NCBI RefSeq assembly: GCF_024521635.1
Contig: NW_026250419.1
Span: forward strand, 744,001 to 808,000
Origin: Tricharina praecox
Lineage: Eukaryota
Direction: 5' to 3'
DNA: 64,000 nucleotides
A model generated the notes under the pieces. It was not told the DNA's origin, did not search any database, and saw nothing but the letters and a program-made list of their open reading frames with translations. This document shows, piece after piece, positions 63,584 to 64,000 of this stretch (its first letter is position 1; each line of letters opens with the position of its first letter). Both the position numbers and the translations under genes were made by a program.

Positions 63584-64000
63584 ATGAGTCCCGTAAATGC
63601 ACATGCCCTGAACACCACATCACATGCGTCGACTCCTCGTCGAGCCTCCTCCGCCCGAACCTCCATCTCGAGCAGCACAATGCACCACACCCTAGAACCG
63701 CTGCGGCCCACAACTACCACTACCCGCAAGCCCGCTGGCACCGGTCCAAACCGCATGCGTGCCACATCCATCACGGTCGTCGAACCGATCCGCGAGAAGC
63801 TCGTGCCCACACCACCCCCGAAACCCTCAAAGGCAAAGAAGACACTCAAGGTCCTGGGCGATGGCCTCGGCATGCTCGCCTACATGCTCTGCATCTGCTG
63901 CGTGCTCAGCGGAGAGCAGCGTCCTCAGGCGAAGAAGACTAGTAAGGGGTACTATTACCAGTACGATGAGGGGTTCGCTGAGATGGAGGGGACGAGAGTG
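63584..64000 (+). CDS. Hypothetical protein, 5' part (runs off the window)
   Basis: ATG in ACCACCATG context, 139 open codons to the window end. Ser/Thr/Pro-rich N-terminus, then hydrophobic Cys-rich segment LGMLAYMLCICCVLS. Confidence 0.55.
   Translation, partial: MSPVNAHALNTTSHASTPRRASSARTSISSSTMHHTLEPLRPTTTTTRKPAGTGPNRMRATSITVVEPIREKLVPTPPPKPSKAKKTLKVLGDGLGMLAYMLCICCVLSGEQRPQAKKTSKGYYYQYDEGFAEMEGTRV

Noticed and set aside
1..64000. Transposable elements and stop-codon readthrough signals
   Set aside because: No transposase, RT or integrase motifs, LTRs or terminal inverted repeats seen; none of the + strand stop codons I checked has the TGA-CTA readthrough context.

Overview
Eukaryotic nuclear DNA from a filamentous ascomycete. 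This is supported by short introns with CTAAC/CTGAC branch points and by fungal-type orthologues; Pezizomycetes is only a guess. I could build 17 protein-coding models. In window order they are CHO2 (3'-truncated), a conserved hypothetical protein, an ERC1-like MATE transporter, a small DUF202 membrane protein absent from the ORF track as a whole gene, an EamA/DMT transporter, a TauD/JLP1 dioxygenase, a Gpr1/Git3-type GPCR, a YUH1/UCH-L3 hydrolase, TYW1, ULA1, TRZ1, KEI1, an F-box/ankyrin protein, a GPI-anchored TTV(I/V)GG-repeat surface protein, a membrane-anchored pepsin-like protein lacking its first catalytic Asp, a Pof10-like F-box/WD/UIM protein and a partial hypothetical gene. There are also three intron-containing tRNA-Leu(AAG) genes. 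Long intergenic tracts are dense in micro- and minisatellites. I saw no CRISPR array, rRNA or recognisable transposon. The best leads are: (1) an AUG-less, presequence-like N-terminal extension of tRNase Z, possibly non-AUG dual targeting; (2) a head-to-head pair of an adhesin-like GPI protein and a pseudo-protease receptor-like protein; (3) interleaved NEDD8-pathway and tRNA-maturation genes; (4) two GC-AG introns; (5) identical inverted tRNA genes flanking about 8 kb; (6) a hairpin-rich candidate ncRNA upstream of CHO2. No wholly new system can be demonstrated from sequence alone. Family assignments come from motif recognition, not database searches.
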